Shown piece after piece: positions 53,384-63,156 of a DNA stretch of 64,000 nucleotides (the first letter of the stretch is position 1; each line of letters starts with the position of its first letter). The stretch is from assembly GCA_902571865.1 (NCBI GenBank), contig CACGDO010000006.1, positions 13,069 to 77,068 on the forward strand. The letters run 5' to 3'. The notes under the pieces are model-generated. The model worked only from the letters and a program-made list of their open reading frames with translations. It was not told the DNA's origin and ran no database searches. The position numbers were made by a program, and so were the translations under genes. This DNA is from an uncultured Alphaproteobacteria bacterium. Lineage in GTDB: Bacteria > Pseudomonadota > Alphaproteobacteria > HIMB59 > GCA-002718135.

Positions 53384-54333
53384 ATAAGGACAATCCTAAA
53401 ATTTGGTCATTAACTGATGGTTCACAGGGAATGATAAGTCAAACTAAAGGCCTGGCAAATGAATTAAGTATAAATATAAAAGAATTTAAAACTGAAATAA
53501 TTTTTCCTTGGAATAAATTACAACCAGGGATACTTCCTATTTTTAGTTGGATATTTAAAAATAAGTTACCAATAGATGAGATACCTGATTTAGTTATCAG
53601 TTGTGGAAGAAAAAGTGTTTACCTCTCAATCTATCTTAAAAAAAAATTTCCTAATATAATTAATATTCATATTCAAAACCCAAAAATTTCTTCAAAATAC
53701 TTTTCATTTGTTATTGCTCCAAATCATGATGGTTTATATGGTGGAAATATAATCAATTCAACAGGTGCGATACATCATTTTAAAAAAACTAAGAATTTAA
53801 AAAATCATTATGGAATTAATACAAAAAATTTGATTACTTGTATTATTGGTGGTGAAAATAATCACTATAATTTCTCAAAAGAAAATACTTTAGATCTTTG
53901 TAAAAGAATAAAAAAATTAAAGTCTCATAATAATGAAATTTTAGTTCTTACCTCGAGAAGGACTAATAAAGAAATTAAGCATATTTTGAAAAAAGAATTG
54001 AGCACTATATCTACATTATGGCTTGGAGAGGGAAAGAATCCATACGAATTTGCTATTTATAATTCCAGTAATTTTATTATTACTTCTGACTCAACCTCTA
54101 TGATTTCTGAAGCAAGTATATCTGGTAAGCCAATTTATGTTTATCAATTACCAATGAAGAGAAAAAGTAAAAGATTTATAAGATTCCATGAAGAATTTAA
54201 AAAAATGAATATAACAAGAGATTTTAATACTTTAGATAAATTAGAAATATGGACATATACGAAACTTGAGGAAAGCAAAAGAATTGCTGGAATTATAAAA
54301 AAAAGAATTATAGAAAGGAAAAATGAATCTTGA
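53380..54333 (+). CDS. ELM1/DUF1022 (mitochondrial-fission ELM1-like, GT-B-like) family protein
   Basis: N-terminal KIWSLTDGSQGMISQTKGLANEL resembles the family signature. 4-nt overlap with greA. Confidence 0.5.
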   Translation: MNKDNPKIWSLTDGSQGMISQTKGLANELSINIKEFKTEIIFPWNKLQPGILPIFSWIFKNKLPIDEIPDLVISCGRKSVYLSIYLKKKFPNIINIHIQNPKISSKYFSFVIAPNHDGLYGGNIINSTGAIHHFKKTKNLKNHYGINTKNLITCIIGGENNHYNFSKENTLDLCKRIKKLKSHNNEILVLTSRRTNKEIKHILKKELSTISTLWLGEGKNPYEFAIYNSSNFIITSDSTSMISEASISGKPIYVYQLPMKRKSKRFIRFHEEFKKMNITRDFNTLDKLEIWTYTKLEESKRIAGIIKKRIIERKNES

Positions 54334-54943
54334 GAACTTAACTCATGCAGATTTTCCTTTTAATCACTGGGTATTTAGTAATTGTTTAGAAGAAGGCGCA
54401 TTAGATGAAATTTCCTATAGTAATATTCCGTCAGGAGACAGAATGTACGATGGGACAAGAGCTGCAGATTATACAGGACAGGGAGTTGATGGTAAATTAA
54501 GACTTTTTATAACAAAAAATAATTGTCAAAATTTTCCATATCTAACAAAATTAATTCAGTCTTTACAAAACAAAGAAATGGTAAATAAAATATCAAAAAT
54601 AATTGATAAAGATTTATCAAATTCATACGTCAGATTAGAGGTAATTGGAGATAAAAAAGGATTTTGGTTAAAACCACACAAAGATATTTCAGAAAAATTA
54701 ATGACTATGATGGTTTGGGCAAACCCATATAATGAAGCGTCAAATTTGGGTACAGACCTATATGATAAAAATTTTAAATTAGTTAAAACAATTAAATATG
54801 TTCATAATAGTGGTTATTTTTTTTCTTCAGGGGATGATACTTGGCATGGACTTGAATTAAAAGAAATTCAAAAAGAAAGAAGATGTATTCAAATAAATTA
54901 TGTTACTTTTAATACAGATTGGCCAGTTGAAAAAAGTGCTTAA
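54323..54943 (+). CDS. small 2OG-Fe(II) oxygenase superfamily-like protein
   Basis: Candidate HxD (PHKD), distal His (DTWHGL) and Arg (RRCIQINY). 11-nt overlap with the ELM1-like gene. Confidence 0.45.
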   Translation: MNLENLTHADFPFNHWVFSNCLEEGALDEISYSNIPSGDRMYDGTRAADYTGQGVDGKLRLFITKNNCQNFPYLTKLIQSLQNKEMVNKISKIIDKDLSNSYVRLEVIGDKKGFWLKPHKDISEKLMTMMVWANPYNEASNLGTDLYDKNFKLVKTIKYVHNSGYFFSSGDDTWHGLELKEIQKERRCIQINYVTFNTDWPVEKSA

Positions 54944-54960
54944 ATTATTAATTTAATTAT

Positions 54961-55902
54961 ATGACTGAAAAAATAGAAAATGATGTCTTAATTATTGGCT
55001 CTGGACCAGCAGGCTATACTGCTGCAATCTATGCAGCAAGAGCAAATTTAAAACCACATTTAGTTTCAGGTTTAGAACCAGGAGGTCAACTAACTATCAC
55101 TACGGATGTAGAAAACTATCCAGGGTTTGAAAATGTTATTCAGGGTCCTTGGCTTATGGAACAAATGAAAGAACAAGCTGTAAAAGTAGGGACTATTTTT
55201 CATAATGATATTGTAACGTCAGTTGATTTTGAAAATAATCCATTTATTTCCAAAACTGAGTCAGGGAAAGAATTTGTATCCAAATCAATTATTATAGCAA
55301 CAGGTGCTCAAGCTAGATGGTTGAATTTGGAAAGTGAAAAAAAATTTAAAGGATTTGGTATTTCTGCTTGTGCAACTTGCGATGGATTTTTCTTCAAAGA
55401 TCAGCAAGTAGCAGTGATAGGTGGAGGTAATAGTGCCGTAGAGGAAGCAATGTTTTTGACTAAATTTGCTTCAAAGGTATTTTTAATTCATAGAAGAGAT
55501 AGTTTGCGAGCTGAAAAAATTTTGCAAGAGAGACTATTTAACAATAAAAAAATTGAAATAATTTGGAACAGTAAAGTTTCTGAATTTGTTGGAGATGAAA
55601 ATCCAAATACATTAAAAAAAATTATTTTAGAGAACACATTAGATAGAAGCAAAACAACTATAGATGTAGATGGCGCATTTATAGCTATAGGACATGATCC
55701 TGCTACTTCACTTTTTATTGATAAGTTAAAAATGGATGAGGAAAATTATATAATAACTAAACCTGATAGTACTGAGACAAGTATTAAAGGAGTTTTTGCA
55801 GCTGGAGATGTAAAAGATAAAATTTACAGACAGGCTGTTACTGCTGCTGGTATGGGTTGTATGGCTGCTTTAGAAGCTGAAAAATATATAGCAGAGAATT
55901 AA
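54961..55902 (+). CDS. trxB: thioredoxin-disulfide reductase
   Basis: GSGPAGYTAA, redox-active CATCDG, and GGGNSAVEEA. Confidence 0.95.
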   Translation: MTEKIENDVLIIGSGPAGYTAAIYAARANLKPHLVSGLEPGGQLTITTDVENYPGFENVIQGPWLMEQMKEQAVKVGTIFHNDIVTSVDFENNPFISKTESGKEFVSKSIIIATGAQARWLNLESEKKFKGFGISACATCDGFFFKDQQVAVIGGGNSAVEEAMFLTKFASKVFLIHRRDSLRAEKILQERLFNNKKIEIIWNSKVSEFVGDENPNTLKKIILENTLDRSKTTIDVDGAFIAIGHDPATSLFIDKLKMDEENYIITKPDSTETSIKGVFAAGDVKDKIYRQAVTAAGMGCMAALEAEKYIAEN

Positions 55903-56028
55903 TTATCCCTGTCTTGCTTTCATTCTGGGATTTTTTTTGTTAATTACATAAATCCTACCTTTTCTACGAACAACTTTGCAATCCTTATCCCTAGTTTTGG
56001 CAGTTTTTAATGAACATTTAACTTTCAT
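55903..56028 (-). CDS. rpmJ: 50S ribosomal protein L36 (41 aa, C-minus alphaproteobacterial type)
   Basis: Not in the ORF track (<60 aa). My translation is [41 protein letters not shown]. Confidence 0.9.
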   Translation of the reverse strand: MKVKCSLKTAKTRDKDCKVVRRKGRIYVINKKNPRMKARQG

Positions 56029-56038
56029 AAAAAGCGCT

Positions 56039-56071
56039 TTAAATTCTGGGATTTGTTTTGTCAAACATATA
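56039..56071 (-). pseudogene. possible relic of a duplicated rpmJ 3' end (also readable as a 9-codon u[12 protein letters not shown])
   Basis: 26/33 nt are identical to 55918-55950 when aligned codon by codon, including a shared 12-mer [22 protein letters not shown] aligns with [10 protein letters not shown]. Confidence 0.3.
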
Positions 56072-56085
56072 TTGTCTGAATTAAT

Positions 56086-57672
56086 ATGAGAAAGTTATCT
56101 TACCCTGGAAGATCTAATGTTTTAGCTCAAAATGGTATGGTGGCAACATCAAATCCATTAAGCTCTATGGTAGCAATTAATATACTTCAAAAAGGTGGAA
56201 ATGCCGTTGATGCTGCTATCGCGGCTTCAGCTGTTCAAGCCGTAGTATGTCCTAGCGCAACAGGAATTGGCGGAGATTGCTTTGCAATTATTTCCATGAA
56301 TGGTAAAAAACCAATTGCTGTAAACGGTTCTGGAATTGCTCCAAAAAAAGCAAATCTAAAATTTTATAAAGACAATAAAATAAAAAGTATTGGTTTAACA
56401 AGTCCACATTCAGTTACTATTCCTGGGGCAGTCCATGCATGGTGTTCTATGCATGAAAAATTTGGAAGAATTGATTTTAAAGAAGTTTTATCTGGTGCAG
56501 TAAATTTTGCTAGAAATGGATTTCCTATTCATGAAGTTGAAGCTATCGCTTGGAAGGAAAATGAAAAAAAACTTAAAAAAAATCCTAATTCTAAAAGAGT
56601 GTTTTTAAATAAAAATCTTAGTTATGGATTTGGTGAAGTTTTTAAGAATATTCCTTTAGCAAATACTTTAAGATTCATATCAAAAAATAAAATTAAAGGT
56701 TTTTATCAAAGTGAAATTACCAAAGATATGGTTAAGACACTAAACAAACTTGGAGGATTACATACAGAAGAAGATTTCTATAATCAAAAAACGCTATTTT
56801 CAAAAACAATAACAAATTCATATAGAAATTTAAAAATACATCAATGTCCCTTAAATAGTCCTGGATTAGTTGTCTTGATGATGATGGCAATGACTGAGAA
56901 ATTAAATATCAAAAAATACCATCCTTCAAGTTTTGAAAGATATCATCTTCAAGCTGAAATTTCAAAAATATGTTTTGAGATTAAGGAAACAATATTTGGC
57001 GATCCTAATTTTAATAATATAAATATAAAAGATTATTTAAGTAATGAATATATAAGCTCTTTATGTTCTAGAATAAATAAAAATAAAATTTACTCTTCAA
57101 AAAAAGGCTATGTAACATCTCACCCTGAAACAATTTACTTAAGTGTTGTGGATAGGGATTTGAATTCAGTATCTTTTATTAATTCAATATGTCATGGTTT
57201 TGGAAGCGGAATCACAAGTAATAAAACAGGAATTCTTTTTCAAAATAGAGGTGTTAATTTCAGATTAGAAGATGGTCACCCCAACTCAATTAATAGTCAT
57301 AAAAGACCACTTCATACAATAATCCCTGGGTTAATAACTGATAAGAATGATGAGACACTGTATTCTTATGGAGTTATGGGAGGACAATATCAACCAATTG
57401 GTCAAACTCATTTGATGCAAAATATAATCGACTACAATTTGTCAGTTCAAGAAGGCTTAGATTTACCTAGAGCATTTGCTCTTAATGGCATCTTAAATGT
57501 TGAAAATTCATTAGATGATAAAATTGTAAAAAAATTAAAGAATATTGGTCATAAAATTAAAATAAATAAAAATGCTATTGGTGGTGGTCAATGTATAAAA
57601 ATAGATAGAAAAAATGGAGTACTTATAGGAGGTTCAGATCCACGAAAGGATGGTATGGCGATAGGTTACTAA
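56086..57672 (+). CDS. ggt: gamma-glutamyltransferase family protein (no obvious signal peptide)
   Basis: [10 protein letters not shown] and a putative autoprocessing Thr in [11 protein letters not shown]-terminal GGSDPRKDG. Confidence 0.85.
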   Translation: MRKLSYPGRSNVLAQNGMVATSNPLSSMVAINILQKGGNAVDAAIAASAVQAVVCPSATGIGGDCFAIISMNGKKPIAVNGSGIAPKKANLKFYKDNKIKSIGLTSPHSVTIPGAVHAWCSMHEKFGRIDFKEVLSGAVNFARNGFPIHEVEAIAWKENEKKLKKNPNSKRVFLNKNLSYGFGEVFKNIPLANTLRFISKNKIKGFYQSEITKDMVKTLNKLGGLHTEEDFYNQKTLFSKTITNSYRNLKIHQCPLNSPGLVVLMMMAMTEKLNIKKYHPSSFERYHLQAEISKICFEIKETIFGDPNFNNINIKDYLSNEYISSLCSRINKNKIYSSKKGYVTSHPETIYLSVVDRDLNSVSFINSICHGFGSGITSNKTGILFQNRGVNFRLEDGHPNSINSHKRPLHTIIPGLITDKNDETLYSYGVMGGQYQPIGQTHLMQNIIDYNLSVQEGLDLPRAFALNGILNVENSLDDKIVKKLKNIGHKIKINKNAIGGGQCIKIDRKNGVLIGGSDPRKDGMAIGY

Positions 57673-57673
57673 C

Positions 57674-58711
57674 CTAAACTTTCCCAAAAGTGTCGTTATA
57701 CTGATTATTTACTCTTACAAATGTAGTACACTTACTAAGCTGCTTTAATGATGAAGCGCCTACGTAAGTGCAACTACTTCTTACACCTCCAAGAATATCT
57801 CTAATTGTACTGTCTAGCGAATTCTTCATTTGTATTTTAACTTTTTTACCTTCAGATGATCGATAGTTTGCAAGACCACCATAATGTTTCTCATTTGCTT
57901 CTTCAGAACTTGATCCATAAAACTCGATAAATTTAGTTCCATTTTCCTCAATTATATCACCACCGCCTTCCTTATGACCTGCTAACATTCCGCCAAGCAT
58001 AACAAAGTCTGCACCAGCTCCGAAACCTTTTGCTACATCACCAGGACAAGTACAGCCTCCATCAGCGATAATATGCGCTCCTAATCCATGTGCTGCATCA
58101 GCACATTCCATTACAGCGCTTAGTTGTGGATACCCTACTCCTGTTTGTATTCTAGTGGTACAGACACTTCCAGGACCGATACCAACTTTAACAATATCTG
58201 CCCCACTTAATACTAATTCCTGAGTCATATCTGCAGTAACAACATTACCTGCAATAATAGTTTTTTTTGGATATTTTTTTCTTACTTCTGAAACAAAATT
58301 ACTAAAATTTTCTGAGTAACCATTTGCAACATCAATACAGATAAATTTAAATTTTGGATATTTTTTTAGAATTGAATTTAACCTATTGTAACTGTCTTTA
58401 CTTGTGCCACAACTAAGAGCGATTGAATCAAAGAAAACATTTTTTTTATAAATAGTTTCTATTTGATTAATGTCATGTTGTTTTGTTAAAGCAGTCATTA
58501 GTTTGTGAGAACTTAGTTTTTTTGCAACATCTATTTCACCAACACCATCCATATTAGAGGCTATTATTGGAATTCCTTTCCATGATAATCTTGAGTGTTT
58601 AAAAGTATATTTTCTATTCAAATCAACATCTTTCCTACTTTTTAAAGTACTTCTCTTTGGTCTAAAAAGGACATCTGAGTAGTCAAGTTTAATTTCTTCT
58701 TCGATTCTCAT
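57674..58711 (-). CDS. guaC: GMP reductase
   Basis: [22 protein letters not shown]-terminus, IMPDH/GMPR barrel, and the catalytic-Cys loop [11 protein letters not shown]. Confidence 0.9.
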   Translation of the reverse strand: MRIEEEIKLDYSDVLFRPKRSTLKSRKDVDLNRKYTFKHSRLSWKGIPIIASNMDGVGEIDVAKKLSSHKLMTALTKQHDINQIETIYKKNVFFDSIALSCGTSKDSYNRLNSILKKYPKFKFICIDVANGYSENFSNFVSEVRKKYPKKTIIAGNVVTADMTQELVLSGADIVKVGIGPGSVCTTRIQTGVGYPQLSAVMECADAAHGLGAHIIADGGCTCPGDVAKGFGAGADFVMLGGMLAGHKEGGGDIIEENGTKFIEFYGSSSEEANEKHYGGLANYRSSEGKKVKIQMKNSLDSTIRDILGGVRSSCTYVGASSLKQLSKCTTFVRVNNQYNDTFGKV

Positions 58712-58773
58712 AAATACATTCGCATATTTGTATTAAATAATTTAGAAATTAAAACAAATATAAATTGTTATCT

Positions 58774-59655
58774 ATGAACTTAAATACGTTAATAAATGCA
58801 AATAAAAGAAAGTTTGATATTAATTTTAAAAAGCTTTTAAAAAATAAGCTAGACAAATCAAGTTTATCAAATGCAATCTTTTATGGCTCTATGAATGGAG
58901 GAAAAAGAATAAGGCCATTTTTAGTAATGGAGTCTGCAAAAATAGCAAAAATTTCATCAAATGATGCCTTTATTATAGCCTCATGTATTGAATGTATACA
59001 TTCGTACTCCTTAATTCACGATGATTTACCATCAATGGATGATGATGATTACAGAAGAGGTAAATTAAGTACTCATAAAAAATTTAATGAAGCTACTGCA
59101 ATATTAGCAGGAGATGCTTTACATGATTTAGCATTTGAATTGATATCAGGAAATTTTAAAAATAAAAATGTTATTTCTAGATTAAATTTAATAAATTATC
59201 TTTCTTTGTGTATTGGGCATAAAGGATTAGCTCTTGGTCAAGCTTTAGATTTAGAATATGAAAATAAAAAGTTATCTACAAATAAAATTTTAGATATGTA
59301 TTCTAGAAAAACTGGCAAGTTATTTGAATTCTCTTTTTCTGCACCTTTTATATTAAAAGATAAAAGTAAAATAGATATTCAATTTGCAAAAGATTATGGA
59401 ATGTTATTTGGTTTAATATTTCAAATTATAGATGACTTAATTGATGAAATTGGAACTTTTAAGAAAATTGGAAAAACACCAGGTAAAGATGTTGAGCAAG
59501 GCAAAAGTACTTTACTAAAATTAATTGGTGAAAAACAAGTTACTGATTTATGTAATAATAAAATTAATACTTTTATAAAAAAATATAAAAATAAAATAAG
59601 TCAAAACCCTATACTAATAAAAATGCTAGAATTTGGAATGGGTCGACTAAATTAA
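58774..59655 (+). CDS. ispA: (2E,6E)-farnesyl/geranylgeranyl diphosphate synthase
   Basis: DDLPSMDDDDYRRG (first Asp-rich motif) and IIDDLID (second). I prefer the ATG at 58774 over the TTG at 58765. Confidence 0.85.
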   Translation: MNLNTLINANKRKFDINFKKLLKNKLDKSSLSNAIFYGSMNGGKRIRPFLVMESAKIAKISSNDAFIIASCIECIHSYSLIHDDLPSMDDDDYRRGKLSTHKKFNEATAILAGDALHDLAFELISGNFKNKNVISRLNLINYLSLCIGHKGLALGQALDLEYENKKLSTNKILDMYSRKTGKLFEFSFSAPFILKDKSKIDIQFAKDYGMLFGLIFQIIDDLIDEIGTFKKIGKTPGKDVEQGKSTLLKLIGEKQVTDLCNNKINTFIKKYKNKISQNPILIKMLEFGMGRLN

Positions 59656-60095
59656 ATATGTACAATTTTTTTTGCTAAATATAATCCAGATGTAGCTGAT
59701 ACAGCAGTTAATGAACCACCCCAGAACATATCTATGAAAGTAACGGTTGGTGACCAACCTTTAAGTACTGCCATATTTGTTAAGTTGTATGTGCCATACG
59801 CAACTAAACCAAATATGAAGCCAGTGTATAATGTTTTCATTAAGTTACCAGAATCAACACAAGGTTGAATTACAACCAAAGCCATACCAAAGACATATAA
59901 AATGTAAAAAAGAGCAGCAGCCCACATTACAGGCTTATCAGCTAATAAGTTACCTATGAGAGGTCTATAAAAAGACTTTGTAGCAAAACTTAACCAAATT
60001 ACGTCTATTATTAAGAAAATCAATGAAGCGATTAGAGTGGCTACTAGTAAACATTTGAGCATATAATATAAATATATCATATTATTAAATTTCAA
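59652..60095 (-). CDS. DUF2177-like small membrane protein
   Basis: 147 aa with 4 predicted TM helices. The family assignment is from memory of the motif pattern. Confidence 0.45.
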   Translation of the reverse strand: MKFNNMIYLYYMLKCLLVATLIASLIFLIIDVIWLSFATKSFYRPLIGNLLADKPVMWAAALFYILYVFGMALVVIQPCVDSGNLMKTLYTGFIFGLVAYGTYNLTNMAVLKGWSPTVTFIDMFWGGSLTAVSATSGLYLAKKIVHI

Positions 60096-60116
60096 GAATA
60101 TTTATTAAAATTTCTA

Positions 60117-60191
60117 TGGTGGGTGTGACAGGGATTGAACCTGTGACCCCTGCCGTGTCGAGGCAGTGCTCTACCGCTGAGCTACACACCC
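60117..60191 (-). tRNA. tRNA-Val (anticodon GAC)
   Basis: Hand fold: GGGTGTG/TA/GCTC-AGCGGTA-GAGC/A/CTGCC-TCGACAC-GGCAG/GGGTC/ACAGG-TTCAATC-CCTGT/CACACCC/A/CCA (75 nt). Confidence 0.8.
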
Positions 60192-60411
60192 AAGTAGTTT
60201 TTTATTTAAATATATTATTTTGAAATATAATGACTTTTAAAGGTAAAGCAATAATTGAAAGATCATATGAGATTTTTAAATTATACTTAATTTAACCTTT
60301 TTTAATCATTAATTAAGTAAATAAATTATAAACATATTGATCAATTTTTTATTAAATAATATTCAGAGTTTAGAATTATTCATACGATTGCATATAAATA
60401 TTAGGAGATAA

Positions 60412-60912
60412 ATGAAAGTAAAAAAAAACAATTTTACAGAAAATGAAATCTCTAAAGCTCTTAAAATTTATAATTATTTTATTGAAAATTCATTCTCTAA
60501 TTTTGAAGAAAAAAAATTATCTAAATTACAATTTAATTTATTATTAAAAAAAATTAAAAAAAATAAATTACCATTTATTTTAGCAATTGAAGAAAATGAA
60601 GTTATTGGATTAGCCTTTGTAAATAAATTTAGAGAAAAAAGTGGATATAGATTTTCATATGAACATTCAATCTATGTTGATCCAGATTTCATTAATAATG
60701 GGTATGGTAATAAAATACTAAAAGAACTTATTAAAATATGCAAAAAAATTTCGAAGATTAAAAATTTGATAGCAGTGATTGGTGGAAAAAATAATTTTGC
60801 TTCTATAAAAATACATAAAAATAATGGATTTCAATATATTGGAACTATAAAGAAAGCTGGTTTTAAAAAAAATAAGTGGGTTGATTCGATTTATATGCAA
60901 AAAAGGTTATGA
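60412..60912 (+). CDS. GNAT family N-acetyltransferase (phosphinothricin-acetyltransferase-like)
   Basis: GLAFVNKFREKSGYRFSYEHSIYVDPDFINNGYGNKILKELI pattern. AGGAG Shine-Dalgarno. Confidence 0.7.
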   Translation: MKVKKNNFTENEISKALKIYNYFIENSFSNFEEKKLSKLQFNLLLKKIKKNKLPFILAIEENEVIGLAFVNKFREKSGYRFSYEHSIYVDPDFINNGYGNKILKELIKICKKISKIKNLIAVIGGKNNFASIKIHKNNGFQYIGTIKKAGFKKNKWVDSIYMQKRL

Positions 60913-61373
60913 AAAAAGTAAACACTAACAATTTTAAAAAAACACTTAGTAAGTTTTCGACAGGAATTACTGTTGTATGTGTAAAAAATAATAATTCAAT
61001 ATATGGGAAAACTGTTAATTCATTTAACTCTCTATCTCTAAACCCTCCTATGGTTTTGTTTTCTTTAGGCAATTACTCATCTTCAATAAAAAAGTTTTCA
61101 AAAACTAATTTCTTATCAATAAATATTTTATCTAGTAAACAAAAAAAATTATCTGATAATTTTGCCTCAACTACACCTAAATTAGAAAATATAAAATTTA
61201 TTGAAGGGAAATATAAAACGGCAATTATACCAAATTGCATAGCAAATCTTGAATGTAAACTAATAGATAAAATCAAAAAAGGTGATCACATAATATTTAT
61301 ATGTAAGATATTAGAAGTACAATCTAATGATAAATTGAAACCTCTTGTATATTTTAATTCAAAATATTTCTAG
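60909..61373 (+). CDS. flavin reductase-like FMN-binding protein
   Basis: FSTGITVVCV...GKTVNSFNSLSLNPPMVLFSL motif of the Flavin_Reduct domain. 4-nt overlap with the GNAT gene. Confidence 0.75.
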   Translation: MKKVNTNNFKKTLSKFSTGITVVCVKNNNSIYGKTVNSFNSLSLNPPMVLFSLGNYSSSIKKFSKTNFLSINILSSKQKKLSDNFASTTPKLENIKFIEGKYKTAIIPNCIANLECKLIDKIKKGDHIIFICKILEVQSNDKLKPLVYFNSKYF

Positions 61374-62666
61374 GTGCTTAAAATTTTAAGATATCTAATT
61401 TTAATTTCTTTAATATCATCAGGATATTATTTATTTATTTCTGAATACTTTCACTTATCAGAAAAAGATTCTTTAGAGACAGAGATTATTAAAAACGAAA
61501 AAGTAGAAAATAAAAAAGAAATTATTCAAGAAAAAAAAGAGGAAGTGGCTTCACCTAATATAAAAAAAAGTATTGATAAAGTGCAATATGTTGAGAATAA
61601 AATTAAAATTTTAAAAGGTGATACTTTTGTTTCTATTTTAGAAAGTTTAAACTTTGAACAAGAAAATATTTACGAAATTATAAGTGAGATAGAAAACTTT
61701 TTTGATTTAAAGAAAATCAAAACTGGAGAAATTATAAGTGTTTTTGAAAATAGTTTTGGAGAAATTAAAAAAATTGAATTTTTTAAGAACAGTGAGACAA
61801 TTATCTCAGTTAATTTAGATAAAGAAATAAATATAAATATTAGAGAATTAACTAAGGACTCGTTCATTGAATCAAAAGAATATACAATTGCAGAATCATT
61901 ATTTTCAGACGGTATCAAAAATGGTGTATCACCAGATATTTTAGTTAAAATTATAAGTCTTTTTAGTTTTGATCTTGATTTTCAACGAGATATTAGAGTC
62001 AATACAGTTGTTTCAATATCCTATGAATTTGATGAAATAGTTGAGACAGGTACAATAGAATATAATGATATTAAATATGCTTCGATAACAATAGATGGAA
62101 AACAATTAGAATACTTTAAGTTTATTACTGATGATGGTTATGTTGATTATTTTAACAGAGAGGGTAAAAATGTTAAAAAATCAATATTAAAGACACCTTT
62201 AGACGGTGCAAGAATTTCATCAAATTTTGGTATGCGTAAACATCCTATCTCAGGTTTCAATAAAATGCATAAAGGTGTTGATTTTGCTGCACCTACAGGA
62301 ACACCAATTTATGCTGGAGGAAATGGAATTGTTGAATACGTTGGAAGGAATGGAGGATATGGAAAATATATTCGTATAAGGCATAACAATGGATATAAAA
62401 CGGCATATGCACATTTGTCAAATTATAAGAAAGGTATTTCTAAAGGTGTAAGAGTTAACCAAGGTGAAGTTATAGGCTATGTAGGTAGTACAGGAAATTC
62501 TACAGGGCCTCATCTTCATTATGAGATTATTTATCAAAATAAACATATAAATCCGTTAAAACTGAAACTTCCTTCTGGAAAAATACTTGAGGGCAAGGAA
62601 TTAGAAAAATTTAAAGCAGAATATAAAATAATATATGCTGATCATTTAAGTATGTTATACGAATAA
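61374..62666 (+). CDS. M23 family metallopeptidase (MepM/NlpD-like murein endopeptidase)
   Basis: HKGVDFAAPTGTPIYA and GNSTGPHLHYE motifs. N-terminal TM helix. GTG start immediately after the previous stop. Confidence 0.85.
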   Translation: MLKILRYLILISLISSGYYLFISEYFHLSEKDSLETEIIKNEKVENKKEIIQEKKEEVASPNIKKSIDKVQYVENKIKILKGDTFVSILESLNFEQENIYEIISEIENFFDLKKIKTGEIISVFENSFGEIKKIEFFKNSETIISVNLDKEININIRELTKDSFIESKEYTIAESLFSDGIKNGVSPDILVKIISLFSFDLDFQRDIRVNTVVSISYEFDEIVETGTIEYNDIKYASITIDGKQLEYFKFITDDGYVDYFNREGKNVKKSILKTPLDGARISSNFGMRKHPISGFNKMHKGVDFAAPTGTPIYAGGNGIVEYVGRNGGYGKYIRIRHNNGYKTAYAHLSNYKKGISKGVRVNQGEVIGYVGSTGNSTGPHLHYEIIYQNKHINPLKLKLPSGKILEGKELEKFKAEYKIIYADHLSMLYE

Positions 62667-63080
62667 CTACTTTGTTGATCTTGTTCTTTTTTCTTTAGAT
62701 GGTTCTGCTATAAATGGAATAGATTCAATGGAATCGTCTTCTGCTTTATCATTGTCATTTTCTTCGACAGTTTCATTATCATTTTCTGAAGATTGTTCAT
62801 TTGAAGTACTTTGTTTTTGGTCATCAAAATTAGTATTTTCTTCAACATTAATACCTAGCTCAACCATTATTCTGTAATAGTGATCAGTAAATTGATAATA
62901 GTATTCAGATTGAATTCTATCACCTGATCTGGATGCTTCTTTAGCTAGCTTTAAGTACTTGTTATATTGCTGGGATACATTACCTCTATTTCTATTATTG
63001 AAATTTTTGTAGCCACCAGGTTTCTTAAAACTGGTTCTTCTATTACTCTTATAAGCGGTTCTACCGTTTTTTTTATACAT
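62667..63080 (-). CDS. DUF4167 domain-containing protein
   Basis: Basic N-terminus followed by YNKYLKLAKEASRSGDRIQSEYYYQFTDHYYR and an acidic C-terminus. The family assignment is from memory. Confidence 0.5.
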   Translation of the reverse strand: MYKKNGRTAYKSNRRTSFKKPGGYKNFNNRNRGNVSQQYNKYLKLAKEASRSGDRIQSEYYYQFTDHYYRIMVELGINVEENTNFDDQKQSTSNEQSSENDNETVEENDNDKAEDDSIESIPFIAEPSKEKRTRSTK

Positions 63081-63156
63081 AATGTTAGGAAATTAAAAAT
63101 TTATTAAATTATTAATCTTTTTTCTTACCTATACATTTCATTTGATTTATTTCAAC

